Under the pieces are notes generated by a model. It was not told where the DNA came from. It saw only the letters and a program-made list of their open reading frames with translations, and ran no database searches. A stretch of 63,995 bases of DNA, the filler included, from Bonamia ostreae (Eukaryota), in the NCBI GenBank assembly GCA_040357525.1. It is 16 parts of 16 records of this genome, joined end to end, with 100 filler letters (N's around TTAATTAATTAA, not from the genome) between each part and the next. Parts side by side here need not be neighbours in the genome. Positions count along the whole stretch, not along the records: positions 36,590 to 40,529 come from JBDODL010000390.1; positions 40,630 to 44,565 come from JBDODL010000391.1; positions 44,666 to 48,596 come from JBDODL010000392.1; positions 48,697 to 52,625 come from JBDODL010000393.1; 12 more parts are not named here. One strand, given 5' to 3'. Made by a program: the position numbers and the translations under genes. Position 1 is the stretch's first letter, and the number at the start of each line of letters is the position of its first letter. Positions 38,108 through 50,660 of the stretch are shown one piece after another.

Positions 38108-39650
38108 TTAATCTGATTCATCATCCAATATCATTTTCTTTAGTTGATTTGGTTTAAATATTTTCGAATCTTCTTCATCGTCGTTGTTTGGCGATTTTGA
38201 ACTTTTCTTTTTTCTTTTTTCTTTTGCGAATTTGAATCCGCCAGAATAAACTTTTGAAATTTAGTTTTTCAATTTTTGACATTAAAATCTTTTTACTTTT
38301 TAGCCGTTTTGGCAATCTTTACAATTTTATTTTTGCGATCTTTTTTATGTTTTGAAATTTTTTACGTTTTGCGTTATTATCGCCATTTTTACAATTTTAT
38401 TTTTGCGATCTTTTTTATGTTTTGAAATTTTTTACGTTTTGCGTTATTATCGCCATTTTTACAATTTTATTTTTGCGATCTTTTTTATGTTTTGAAATTT
38501 TTTTACGTTTTGCGTTATTATCGCCATTTTTACAATTTTATTATTGTAATTTTTTATATTTTGCATTATTTTAGAAATTTTGCATTTTCTTTTTGCAATA
38601 AATCTAAAACCCGATTTTTGTATTTTGAATTTTTGTTGCGCAACTTTCCAAACTCTCTCTTCAACGGTATTGCTGCATATTATCCTGTAAACGGTCACTT
38701 GTTTTTTCTGCCCAATTCTGTGCACTCTGTCCATCGCTTGCGCATCCATTGTTGGATTCCAATCGTTATCGTAAAAAATTACCGTATCCGCCTTTTATCA
38801 TTTTGCCCATTTTAAAATTTAGCCATTTTCATTTAAAAATTTCCCAATTTTATCATCAAAAAATCGTTGAAAAAAAACAGCCGTGAGATTGATCCCCAAT
38901 CCTCCAGCTCTTGTGCTCAAGAGAAATATGAAGACGGAAGTGTCCCTTTGGAACTGTTTCACCATTATCGTTCTGTCGGTTATTTGAGTGCTCCCGTCCA
39001 ACCTCAAAAACTTATACCTTCGGATGTGACAATAATCTTGCAGAATATCCAACATTTTCGTCATTTGAGAGAATATTAGCACTCTGTGGCCGTTTTTGCG
39101 TTTTCTGTTAAAATTTTCGATTTGTGTAAAATTTTGATTTTTTTTCAAAATTAAAATTTTAAACTCTTTTAACAATTTATCCAACGCAGTTAATTTCCCG
39201 CAATCCGTCAATAATTGGTCTTTTGACAACTTTTCGATTTTTGACATGTTCGTACTTTGTTTAAAAATTAAACAATTTGAAAAGTTACAAAATTTTTAAA
39301 TTGTTTATTAAACCCAAAAGTTCTTTTGAAATCCATTAAAATGTCTAACGGAAAATCAAAATCGCCAAAATGACCATTTTCCAGAGTCGATCTTTTTTTG
39401 CTAAAGAATATTTTATTTTTTATTGGACTTTGCAAAGAAGCGGCGCTTCGGAATGTTTTTTCAAATTTTTTGTCCAAAAATTTCAAAATTTAAATTTTTT
39501 GTTGTGTTGCAATCAAAAAAACGTTTTAGATTGTGTCTATTTTTTAATTCTTTTTTGTCAATTTTTTTTAAACATTTATCGATTTTTTAAAGGTCGAAAT
39601 TGAAGTTGGAAATCTAAGCGATTTTCGGAAATCAAAACCAAACGTCTCAT
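38108..39650 (-). CDS. INO80: INO80 chromatin remodeller, C-terminal half only
   Basis: '[13 protein letters not shown]', '[15 protein letters not shown]', 'RLDGS', '[44 protein letters not shown]'. Confidence 0.88.
38318..38542. repeat. 70-bp tandem repeat (~3 copies) inside an INO80 intron
   Basis: acaattttat recurs at 38321, 38391, 38461 and 38532. Confidence 0.9.
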
Positions 39651-39745
39651 TAATTTCAAAATTAGCCAAAATTCAAAATTAGCCAAAAACTAAATTTCCA
39701 AAAAACAAAAATTAGTCAAAACAATCAGCTTTAAATTTAAAACAG

Positions 39746-40168
39746 ACGATATTCGGAGGCCAAATTATCGAATGGGACAAAGACATCGGCTTGATCCGCC
39801 CCGACAACGGCGCTGACAATGTCTCCGTCTCAAGCAGCGCCGCTCTGACGATAGACAGAACTTTCAATGTCGGCGACAAAGTCGATTTCACTGTTGACTT
39901 GTCCACGATCTTCCTAACAGGCCATGTTTCGGCAAAGCAGGTCATTCGTTCAGACCCGTGCGACTACTTTTACGGCCGAGTCAAGTCGATCTCGCCGAAC
40001 AAATTCGGTTTTCTCGAGGCGGAGCCGCGTTGGATGGCGAAAGACGTTTATTTTAACGAGAAGAATGTCGTTTTTTGGGGGGACAAATTGAATGTCGGAA
40101 AAAGAGTAAAGTTTTTTCTGCTGTTTACGGCTCGAGGCTTTGCGGCGGGCGGAGTGGACTTGGAGTAG
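39746..40168 (+). CDS. Tandem cold-shock/OB-fold domain protein, no start codon found
   Basis: Two units: 'GQIIEW..GLIRPD..FNVGDKVDF' and 'GRVKSI..FGFL..DVYFN..LNVGKRVKF'. Confidence 0.65.
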   Translation, partial: TIFGGQIIEWDKDIGLIRPDNGADNVSVSSSAALTIDRTFNVGDKVDFTVDLSTIFLTGHVSAKQVIRSDPCDYFYGRVKSISPNKFGFLEAEPRWMAKDVYFNEKNVVFWGDKLNVGKRVKFFLLFTARGFAAGGVDLE

Positions 40169-40747
40169 AATTTTTATAAAATTTTTTTCGAACTTTTTTT
40201 TTCAGACTTAACGATTTACTGTTTTTTGCCAAATCAAAACGGCGCAATTATTTAAATATAAAAAATATTGCTTCGGATCTAAAAACGCGATGTAAACAGC
40301 GGTAAGCTTTCATAAGACCGAATTGCAAAAATGGCTCAGAATAAATATATTCAAAAATAAAATATTCTTAAAACATAAAAAGCCGAAATGGCCCAGAATT
40401 AAAACTCGCTAAAAATAAAATTCAGTCAAAAATAGTTGGACTATTTAATGAACAAGAAGGAAATGGGCAGACACAGCAATAGCCCAGAATATCCAAACGC
40501 CATATAAAAAGAGACAAATATTTTAGCCGNNNNNNNNNNNNNNNNNNNNNNNNNNNNNNNNNNNNNNNNNNNNTTAATTAATTAANNNNNNNNNNNNNNN
40601 NNNNNNNNNNNNNNNNNNNNNNNNNNNNNATATGACATTTATCTCATTCCCGCAAAAAAATTTAATTTCTCGTCATTTAAATTAATTAAATTTAAAAAAA
40701 AACCAATTCATTACCAAAAGCCCATATACATTTAAAGCTCAAGCCTT

Positions 40748-41272
40748 ATGTCCTATATTAAACAACAAACAGAAACAAAACAATTCCAAAAATCGTCAAA
40801 TTACGAAGATCACATTGCAAAACTTGAGCAAATGCGGAAGAAGCGAGTCGACCAAATAATGCGCTCCGAAGAAAAAAAGGGCTACGGATCCAACAGCTAT
40901 TTTTCCGACATGCGCCAAAACCAAATCCCAAGTTATCAGAAAGAAATCAGCCAATACAACCGTTTCGATAACAAAAGTTACAATCGCTACGAAAACCGAT
41001 ACGACAGCAATAGTCATTCAAGAGCACGCAATAGCGGATACACCACACAAAAAAGTAGTTTCAACACTGCGCAAACGAACCCGAATATCTACAACAATGC
41101 ACAAATGAATCAAGAAAATATTTACGGGAATATCTACGGAACACAGCAACTCGGTGGACAATATTTGTTAAACAATCAATCTTTGATGGCCTATCCGCCG
41201 AACTACATAAATCCACAGTACACAGCGCAAAATGACGGAACCGGAAATGGCGTAAAATATTCAAAAAAATAA
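40748..41272 (+). CDS. Low-complexity N/Q/Y/S-rich hypothetical protein
   Basis: 174-aa ORF with prion-like composition. Confidence 0.55.
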   Translation: MSYIKQQTETKQFQKSSNYEDHIAKLEQMRKKRVDQIMRSEEKKGYGSNSYFSDMRQNQIPSYQKEISQYNRFDNKSYNRYENRYDSNSHSRARNSGYTTQKSSFNTAQTNPNIYNNAQMNQENIYGNIYGTQQLGGQYLLNNQSLMAYPPNYINPQYTAQNDGTGNGVKYSKK

Positions 41273-41986
41273 ATATTTTCGTGATTTTGCATTTTTTGAT
41301 TTTCATTTTTTAAATAATGGCAATTAAAATGTCTTTCTCAAGTTTAAAAGTTTACGCCATTTTAAAATATCTATTAAAAATCGAGTTTAAAATGTCAATT
41401 AAAATATCTATTCCAAAAAAGAAGCGTAAATTGAATAAATAGCAACATTAAAGAAAACAATTAAAAAATAGCAAAGAACAACCATTTTGAACATATCGCG
41501 TTATTTTAAAAAGTTAAGAATCTTGAAACAAAAAAGAGAACATAACAAACTTATAACATTAAATAAAGACAACAAACCCAAATTTGAGAGAAGCAGCAGT
41601 TACAAATGACAATTCTTTTAATATGATAAAAAATGATGTTGGAAAAATTAAGAAACAAACTTAGAAACATTAATAGAACCTGAACTAATGAAGAAGCCAA
41701 TGAAAAGTTTATGATTAATGACAGGATGAAAAAATCAATCTTTTGACACTACCACAAAAACAATTACGAAAACGACAGTCAAAAAAATTTGACGAAACCA
41801 GATTTCTCCCGAGAAAAGGAGATAAAAGTAATTGAAAAATTAAAATTGAAAATAACACAAATTGAGTCTTCCTGGACACCAAATAAAAAAATCGCCATGA
41901 TGAAATTATGATATTCGACATTAAAAGGCAAAACATAAAATTAGGATAACAGTAATATTTAGAAAAACTAAATTTTAAAAACTAGG

Positions 41987-42462
41987 ATGTCGAAAGATAA
42001 TAGCGCAAAAGCGAAAAACATTGCCAAAATTGCGAAAATGGGACCTTTTAAAAAAACAAAGAAAGTTCGCAAATCAGTGCACTTTCGTCTTCCCAAAACA
42101 CTAAAACTTGACAGAAAACCAAAATATCCGAAAAAAGCAATTCCCACCAAAAACAAATATGGCGATCTCTCCCTTTTCAAGGTTGCTAAAATCCAATTCA
42201 AAATCTCAATTTCGACTAAACAAAGAGAGCTCTGTCTACTGAAAAAGCAATCGCTGAAGTGGAAAACCGCAACACGATCGTCATGTACTTTGACAACAGA
42301 GCCACCAAACATCAAATTCGCCGAACAATAGAAAAAATGAATTTGTTTAAAGCTCAGAAAATCCGAACGCTTCTTGACATGACGGGCGACAAGAAGGTTT
42401 ATGTTCGTCTCGATTCAGAAGAAGATGCTCTGGCCGTCTCCGAGAAGCTCGGCGTTTTCTGA
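41987..42462 (+). CDS. RPL23A: 60S ribosomal protein uL23 (L23a)
   Basis: 'KKVRKSVHFRLPKTLKLDRKPKYPKK', 'STEKAI', 'GDKKVYVRL'; intron 42181-42224. Confidence 0.95.
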
Positions 42463-42525
42463 ATAATCGAGTAAACGAACAATATCAATTTCGCTTTTTG
42501 AATATAATATCGCTGCCATTGCGGA

Positions 42526-43562
42526 ATGCTTAGACATTATTTGGCGTTAAAAGGAACGGCGGATCCAGTTGAAGGCGCTCTGCAATTTTTTGAAGATCGC
42601 CTTTCTTCGTTTAGGCGGAACGATTGGGAGTTCAGAGAGCCGCCTTTAGACCCGTTCAGTTGCGCCTGTGAGGGCTGGACTGCGATTTCAAAGAACAAAA
42701 TTCAATGTGGTTTTTGCAGTGAAACCATTTTGTGCTATGTTCCGACAAACGCCGCTAAAAACAGCGGTTTGTCTTTTTGACTTTAGTGGCCAAAATAACT
42801 GAATTTCTGCACAATAAAATTGTGCGGAACCACAAAACGGATTGCGACTGGTTTATCGAGCGGGACGAAGATTTTTTGGGAAACTATTTTCTTCTTCTTT
42901 TTGGAACACATTTTGTCGTTTCTTTGGAAAACCGGCTGCAGAAATGGCTGAAATATCCAGAGCTTCAAATCAAGTCTCGGATTAAATTTTGCAACAATCT
43001 CAGCAAATTTGTCGCAAACTTGAAATTCTTAAGTTTGCTGGATGGGATTTTGACTGTTTTCAAGTAAAAGTTTTAGACCGTTCCAAGGATAATGTCTTTT
43101 TGTGGGTGGGAAATAATGAGAACAGAAAATGATTTTAAAGCGGAATGTTCATATTGCTTCAAATCACAAAAATTCACTGTTGAGAAGTTGCGGCGATATT
43201 TTATGGCCGACAAACAAATTGACAGTAACGAACAAAGATTTTTCGCAAAATCAAAATATTTTGGGTTCTCCAAATTTGAGAGCAAAAGTTCTTTTGCGCC
43301 AAATAAAAATTCTCGTTTTGTGCCAAAACCGAAATGGCAGCCCTCTGCTCCGAATGAGAACAGAAGAACGAGAAAACCGCAAAACGAAACTGTACAAAAT
43401 TTCGACCCCATTTTGAGCCATTTCAAATTTTGCCCTCTTTTTTATATCAACTCCAACAACAAAAACGGTCTTTCGATATTTTTAAACGGGTTAATAAATG
43501 ATGCGAATCGAAACAAAAAGACATTGAGGGAAATCTCAGAGCTTTTCGGGGAAATTTTGTGA
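42526..43562 (+). CDS. C3HC zinc-finger protein (NIPA/ZC3HC1/Rsm1-like)
   Basis: 'FEDRLSSF..W..LDPFSCACEGW..IQCGFC', 'HKTDCDW', 'SFCGW..ECSYC', 'FDPILSHFKFCP'. Confidence 0.8.
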
Positions 43563-43605
43563 ATAAATTTATATGTGCATTTGTTAATATAGCAATTTAG
43601 CAAAA

Positions 43606-44248
43606 ATGGCTCGTAACAAGGAAAAAGCGCAAGTTTAGTTTTTGATTGTTCAGACGATGATGGCTCGCTTTGTGCGCTACAAACTCAAAGAAGAAGCCGG
43701 AATTGGAATTAGGAGACCCGCGATAGCAGCGGATTGCAAGGACATCAATGAAGCCGAAAGATGGTTTCCAAAAATAATTGTTATAAAACTTTAGGCGCGC
43801 GGACATAATTCGTGATGTTTCGAGATTGATCGCCGATATTCAAAATGTTGGTTTGGAAGAATTTGAAATCCGAGATTTGAATGACAGCATCAACAAAAAA
43901 CTGAGATTGAAAAATCATTGGGAAGTCCAAATCGTGAATTTGGGCGGCCCTGATTATAGGCGACTAGCTGTTCCTTTAGACAAAAATTGCATCGTCGGAG
44001 ACCGCGGATACAAGTATTTCGGAGTCGCCAAAGATCTTCCGGGTGTCCGGGAATTTCTAGGCCACAACAAAAATCACGAAAAAGACACTCGCCCAACTCG
44101 CGGAGAACTGCTTAAAAGAGTAAACATTGAATATTACGGATTCGGAGACGAAGAAGACGAGGATTTGGCCAAAGAGGAGAAAGAAGCAACCCAAATCCTA
44201 AAAGCGAAAAGAATGGTTTTACAATCACTTAAAATTCGACATCATTAG
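43606..44248 (+). CDS. ISY1: Pre-mRNA splicing factor ISY1
   Basis: 'MARNKEKAQTMMARF', 'EIRDLNDSINK', 'LGGPDY', 'GYKYFGVAKDLPGVRE', 'YYGFGDEED'. Confidence 0.95.
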
Positions 44249-44823
44249 TTCAATTTTTTCGGATTTGTAAATTATATAGATTAAAGATTTGCGATAAAAC
44301 ACAATGTCGCTATTAAATGTCGTAACATCGCCAAATTATTAGCACCGCTAAATTTGCTGCAAAACATTTAATTTGTTATTAACGCTTTACCATATTATAA
44401 TTTCTGCAAAGCTTCTTTATTATGTCCAAAATTAACTAAAAACAACTTTTGATAAAACAGAAAGAATGGGTCGAAACCAGAAAGGCGAAAAACTTATCCA
44501 CCGAAGTCCCCAAAAAGCCAATTTTGGCTTCCTCTGGAAAAGGCGACCAGTTCAAAGTGTTCGTANNNNNNNNNNNNNNNNNNNNNNNNNNNNNNNNNNN
44601 NNNNNNNNNTTAATTAATTAANNNNNNNNNNNNNNNNNNNNNNNNNNNNNNNNNNNNNNNNNNNNTAAAATAATGTCGTTTAAAATTTGTTTGATTGATT
44701 ATTTACTCGCTAAAATAATGTCGTCTAAAATTTGTTCGATTGATTATAAACTCGCTAAAATGATGTCGTCTAAAATTTGTTCGATTGATTATAAACTCGC
44801 TAAAATAATGTCGTTTGTCCAGA

Positions 44824-45028
44824 ATAAAGATTGGTTCTCATATTAAATGCGGCAACGCGAGATTCCATTGCCAACGTATAAAAATGCGTTGATAAATCAA
44901 AAAATGATCAAAAATGAAGGCGAAAAAGTCTTCAAAGTGATTTATTTTGAAGATAAACAAAAAATGGAAATTTGCTTGAGCCAACTTACAATTTTTATAC
45001 TGATAAATAAATTAAAGAAGATTTAACG
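44824..45028 (+). CDS. 3' end of a hypothetical protein
   Basis: Two exons joinable by a GT-AG intron, ending ..LINKLKKI*. Confidence 0.3.
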
Positions 45029-45035
45029 ATTTATT

Positions 45036-47169
45036 TTAAAAACAAATTAAAATAATCGCAGCAAAGCTCACAAAAACAAAGATGAGGACTGTAAAAGAAA
45101 CAGATAAAACAACAGTTTTGCTGCCAAATTCCTCGCAAATATTTTTCGAACATTTGTCCAAATTTATCGATATAAAATCGCAGCGAATTATGTTTTCCAA
45201 ATCGTTTACCGATTTTTTGATAAATTTTGATTCTTCAGTTTCAATGTTTTGTGTCAATGATTTTATATTCTCTTTTTGACTAAATTTTAAATTTTGGTAA
45301 ATTCAATTTAAAAAATTTTACGTCCTTAAATGGCCATTTTTATTTTTCGTCAATAAAATTAAAAAGACCTATCGAGCAACATTTTAAAGTTACTGATTTC
45401 ATTCACTGTATTCACTAAACCATTTAAAAAATCGTCCACAAATGTTTTGAATTCTTCATTCTAAATTTATTTACCAATTTTCAAAAAAAAACATTTTGGT
45501 ACAAAGAAACATATTCCTGTTTCAAGAAATAATTTGCCAACAAAATCTCAGAATATTCCTCATTATCTTTCAATTCTTTCAATTCTTTCAATAAAGGCAT
45601 CTAAAAAAATTATTAAATATTTAACAAATCAAAATTCGAAAATTGGAAAACTTAGAATAAAATTAAAAAAAAATGTCAAACTTCACCAGTATCCAATTTT
45701 AAAGCATTTTGAATATCAACTTCACTAAAAATTTTTATATCTTTAAATTCTTCGATATTCTTCAAATTTTTCGAAAGACATAGAATTGATCTGTTGATTT
45801 CCTTAAGATAAGTATTATTGTTACCAGTTTTTCGAAATAGATGTATCTACAGGATTGTGATAAAAATGCAGTGAGAGGTATGAAAAAAGTTATGAACAAA
45901 CAAAGTGTTAATGTTAAAATCGTCAAGATTTTTAACAAAATTGACAAAATTGCTTTTGTATGAACAAATATCGATAAAAATAAGAAAAAGGGCGGTAACA
46001 GTGAAAAGGATAGCAACACTATTGAGGAAGTGTAAATGATGTCTTCTGCTAATTTTACTTTTTTTTAATGTTGATTTGTATAAAAAATAATATTATATAA
46101 AAACGTTGCGAGAAATATGATTTTTCGATTTTTTTTAATAACTTTATTATTTTTTGAACTTTATTTTTGACTTCATCTGTCTGATCGTCATAAATCTTAA
46201 TGAAATAATTTTATTTAAAATAAAATTTTTTTAACAGATTTAAAAAACTAAAAAAGTAAAAAACGCTTAAATCGAATTCTTTTTTCATAAAAATATCAAT
46301 AAGATCGTTCAGATCTTCAATTTTTGAAAATAAGTTATCCAAAGAAAATTTTAGTTCATCTTTCAAAACTAAATTTGGTGATAAAGTATGTGTATGCGAA
46401 TTCTCTGAAAACGTTTTTGTTTGTTCAAATGTTTTTTTTGTTTCCAAAACATTATTTATTACTGTTTCTTTTGAATCAAAAATAGTTTGCAAATTTGTTT
46501 TTACGTTTTCTCTCTTTTTATAATAGTAAAATTTTAGTTTCTTGAAGAATTTAATTTTATAAACTTTGACAAAAAAATTTGATGAAAATTAAAACAAGAT
46601 TTTTAATGAAAATTTCTATATTTCGTTTCAAAGATAAAATTCCTGGATCAAAATTTTGATAATAGCGATCCAACTCCTTCTGTGTTTTTGAAACAACTAT
46701 GAGGCCATTTTCAAAACTGTTTGCAAATTTGATTGAAAAATATGTTCCTCTCAATGAAAAGAATAAAAGCAATGTTGTTAATATTATCATTCCAAAATAA
46801 CTTGGAAAATGCCAACTTTTATTGCTCTTTTGTTCAAAATTTTTCTTCAATATTGACACAACAAAAAAAATTAGTAAGAAAAACAATAAAACAATTCCAA
46901 ATAATGATAACAAAGATATTCCTATTTTTGTTATTGTTACAACATGCAATCATTATGAAAAGTATTTTTGTAATAGTATAAAAACTTTTTAAATAATTTA
47001 TACTTTCCATTTCATAATAAGTTTGATCAATTTTATCAAGAAACGGGAAAGTTACAAAATTGTCAAAAAATTTTGCATAATCATTCAGATCGATCATTTG
47101 ATTTGTAAAAACGTTTGCGTTGACGACAATCATCAGAATTAATGTATAAAAAATTCTTAAAGAAATCAT
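45036..47169 (-). CDS. Multi-pass membrane protein with prominin/tweety-like topology
   Basis: Signal peptide, TM pair, long helical loop, TM pair, loop with Cys, final TM. Based on topology only. Confidence 0.5.
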
Positions 47170-47620
47170 TTTGATTCGGTTATGCGAATATTTACGAATT
47201 GTTTAAAAATACTGAAATTACGAAGATTAAAAAATTCTTAAATTGTTGTAAATATTTTAATAAAACTCTTTTTCAGTTTCCGAAATAATTTAACCTTAAT
47301 GCTGCTGTAGCCATTGAGGTTTCTCTACCGATACACAAATTAAAAAATGGGAATTTCTATTTAAAATTTCTTAAAAATAAAAAATGGGAATTTCTATTTA
47401 AAATTTGTTAAAAATAAAAAATGGTGGAAATAATTTGAAAATGATAATTATACAATCGCCAATAAAAGTACATCATTACCAAAAATGTTATTGATACAAA
47501 TTTTATTTAATTTTGAGATTTATAAAAAATGTTATTTTAATTAAAAAATCAGTTTTATAAAAGTTGAAAATATAATTTTGAAATTGTATAATTTAAACAA
47601 ACTGTTTTTATAATTCGATA

Positions 47621-47693
47621 GCCTCCTTGGTGTAGTCGGTAGCACGTAGGCCTCATAATCCTAAGGTCGCGGGTTCGATCCCCGCAGGAGGCA
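47621..47693 (+). tRNA. tRNA-Met(CAT), elongator-type
   Basis: Acceptor stem gcctcct/aggaggc, D-arm gtgt..gcac, anticodon loop ctCATaa, T-loop ggttcgatcc, followed by an oligo-T Pol III terminator. Confidence 0.96.
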
Positions 47694-48012
47694 TTTTTTA
47701 ATTTGGCGCGCAATGAACAATTTTTATTGAAAACAAAATAATGTGCCCATCCTATTTTACATGAAAGATGGATTTCTGTTGGAAAGAATGTAAGAATTTG
47801 CGGCTTCACCGGAATTTTCACCAGAGAAGATAAAATAGATTTAATAACTTCTTGTGTCGTTTTACGATGTTTTTTATTGTCCTCCGTAATCTTACGTCTA
47901 CAGATTGTTTTAGCGGTGTGTCGACTCTTCTTTACGACACAACAAATTTTTGTTGTCAAATATTTTAAAAATCGAATATTTTTTGTAGATTATCTGGAAA
48001 AATTGGCTCATT

Positions 48013-48450
48013 TTATTTACTGCGAACGAATTGCACAATTATCGCAAGAATAGTGTAGACGACAACAATAGTTGCTGAAGTTACGAACGGTATGAAATAT
48101 TTTGATTTGATCACAATATCTTTCGTTTCCCTTAGGAACTGAATAAAAAGAGCAATTTTTTTACCGTTTCTGATGTCGTTTAAAACGTCGTTTATTAAAT
48201 TTCTTGTACCTTCGGAAATAAATATTGGTTTATATGAATCGACATCTGACATCATATAGTTCTTATCCCTTTCTGTTATTCTTTCTGCTCCAAAACTATT
48301 TCCTAATGCCGCAAGAATCGTTTTCGTGAGATATGGTGTCCTTTGAAACGCACACGCCAAATATTTTCGTCTATTAATCAGAGCGTAGTGATAATCATCC
48401 GTAGCAGTTGCAAAAATCATAATAAGTTTTTCATCTACAGCTTCTTCCAT
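48013..48450 (-). CDS. Hypothetical protein with C-terminal TM (5' end uncertain)
   Basis: 145-aa ORF ending in a hydrophobic anchor. Confidence 0.5.
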   Translation of the reverse strand: MEEAVDEKLIMIFATATDDYHYALINRRKYLACAFQRTPYLTKTILAALGNSFGAERITERDKNYMMSDVDSYKPIFISEGTRNLINDVLNDIRNGKKIALFIQFLRETKDIVIKSKYFIPFVTSATIVVVYTILAIIVQFVRSK

Positions 48451-48696
48451 AAACGCGTCATCACCAAATACACTTTCTAGTTTTCCTGGATGATCGCAAC
48501 TAGATTTTTAATATAAAACTCTGAATTGTTTTCCGAATCTTCCGACTTTTAAATTTTTTGATTTGGTTAATTGAATAAAAAGTTTAACTACAGCGANNNN
48601 NNNNNNNNNNNNNNNNNNNNNNNNNNNNNNNNNNNNNNNNTTAATTAATTAANNNNNNNNNNNNNNNNNNNNNNNNNNNNNNNNNNNNNNNNNNNN

Positions 48697-48995
48697 CTTA
48701 TGTCGGCAACAATAAAAGGAGAATTGGTGAGATGAAAGTGCCGATGGGGGGAATAGAGTCGATATTGGTGCGATCGAATTGGTCTTTCGACGACAAAATG
48801 GCGTGTTCTGGGTCGTCCGATGGATTTGTTTATGGATTTGGAATGGAAGAGGATTTTGGACGGAATGGCGGAAATATATTGTTTCGGCTGGCAGGCCACA
48901 AAGGGACGGTGACGGAAGCCGATTTTTCGCCGCGGGAAAAATTGCTTTTGTCTTGTGGAACGGATTCGAAAGTTTATTTGGGCGAATTCGGATAA
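48697..48995 (+). CDS. SNRNP40: U5 snRNP 40-kDa WD40 protein, C-terminus
   Basis: 'LVRSNWS..SGSSDGFVY..ILFRLAGHKGTV..FSPRE..SCGTDSKVYLGE'. Confidence 0.85.
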
Positions 48996-49175
48996 ATTTT
49001 TTTGACTTTTTGAAAGGTCATTTTTTTCATTCTTTTGTAAATTTTGAGTTTTTGGAGTTTTTGGACAGTTTTTTTTTTTGCAAAATTTTTTACATTTTTG
49101 GGAAATTTTGTAAATTTTTGATAAACTTTAAAATTTTGAACTTAAACTAAGAATATAATTAAATTTAAATCATGG

Positions 49176-50394
49176 TCAATCTTCAGAAAAACAATAAATT
49201 TTGCCACTTTTTTCTTTATAAAGTTTGCCAAATAAATCAGCGCTGCACTTTGAGCATTTTAAACATTGAGGGTGAATATCTTTTTGACTAACTTTTAAAT
49301 ATTTTCCGTTTATGTCCTTTTTACAAACAAAGCAAAATGGTTTTCCCTCTTCTTTTTCTTTGCCATGTTTTTCGCAAAAATTTTCTCCGTTTATTCGCAT
49401 ACTTGACATCTCTTCGCAAACTATTTTAAAATAAATTTTTAAGCAAATTTTATTAATTTTTTAGCAATTTTGAAATAAATTTAACAAATTTTCATTTTTT
49501 TGTAAAATAAACTTTTGCATTTTGGAGTATCTTCGTATTGACATTTTGTACAAATCGGTTTTTCTTCGACCAAACCAAATTCCCTTTTTAACGGCTCCGA
49601 ACATTTGTAACAAACAAAATGGTTTTCGTGCCACGATTTTCCTAGCGCTTTTAAGTATTGACTCGTTATTATTCCGCCACAACTTGCGCAGTTCGGACTT
49701 TTTGTTCCAACAAAATTAGTTTAAAGCTAATGTGAATCGAAATTTGGACAAACCCGTTATGCAAAAGATCACATTGGTCACAATAAACGATTCCGTTTAT
49801 TTTGCGAAATACTTTTTCTCTCAAATCTTTTTTGCATTCAGAGCATTCTGCGCATTCTTTGTGAAAATTTTCGCCTGCCGCTATTAAATATTTGCTTTCT
49901 ATCTGATTTTTATTTGAAAATTTTGGTAAAAAAGTTTCGAAATAATTTTATAATAAAAATTTTAGTGATGTAACTGATTTTTATTTGAAAAATTTTGGTA
50001 AAAAAAGTTTCGAAATAATTTTATAATAAAAATTTTAGCGATGAAACTGATTTTTATTTGAAAATTTTGGTAAAAAAAGTTTCAACAGGTCGATCACAGA
50101 AAATGCAGAATTTTTCAAAGAAGTTTCTATTGCCCGGACCGATTTGGACCATTTTCTTGTAAAATTCTAAATACGACTTGTCGACCCAATAGAAATTATT
50201 GCAATTGTTTATTCGCCATTTTGTATCTGTGATACCTTTGACGGTGTATTCATTACCAGGTTTGACAATTTCTATATTATTTTGGTCTAAAAGAGATTTA
50301 ATTCCTTTTGCTCTTTATTAAATTGCAATTTTTTGTCTTTTAAAAATTTTAAATTTTCTTTAAGCAAATTTTACTGCGCTAAACATTTAGCCAT
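49176..50394 (-). CDS. Multi-LIM-domain protein
   Basis: LIM patterns 'CIFCDRP..FHKECAECSEC', 'CASCGG..ALGKSWHENHFVCYKC', 'CFVCKK..IHPQCLKCSKC'. Confidence 0.85.
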
Positions 50395-50660
50395 TTAATT
50401 TAAAAATCAAGAAACCGAAATGGTAAAGTTTCCATTTTTGATATCTGATTTTAATACTTAATTACTGTTTTTCAAATTTATCGAAATTAATATTTCAATT
50501 TTTTTCGGGTTTTTATAAGCTTTTTAATATATTGGGAATTAATTAAATTTATTGTTACAGTTAAACTATAATTTGTCTAAATTTGTCTGTTTAGACAATA
50601 AATTTTATTCTAATAATAAACGCTTCAATTCAACAAAAATTAGCAAAATTTCCAAATTTG

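Noticed and set aside
47555-47959. 134-aa minus-strand ORF over the tRNA
   Set aside because: TTG start, includes the antisense of tRNA-Met, no recognisable homology.
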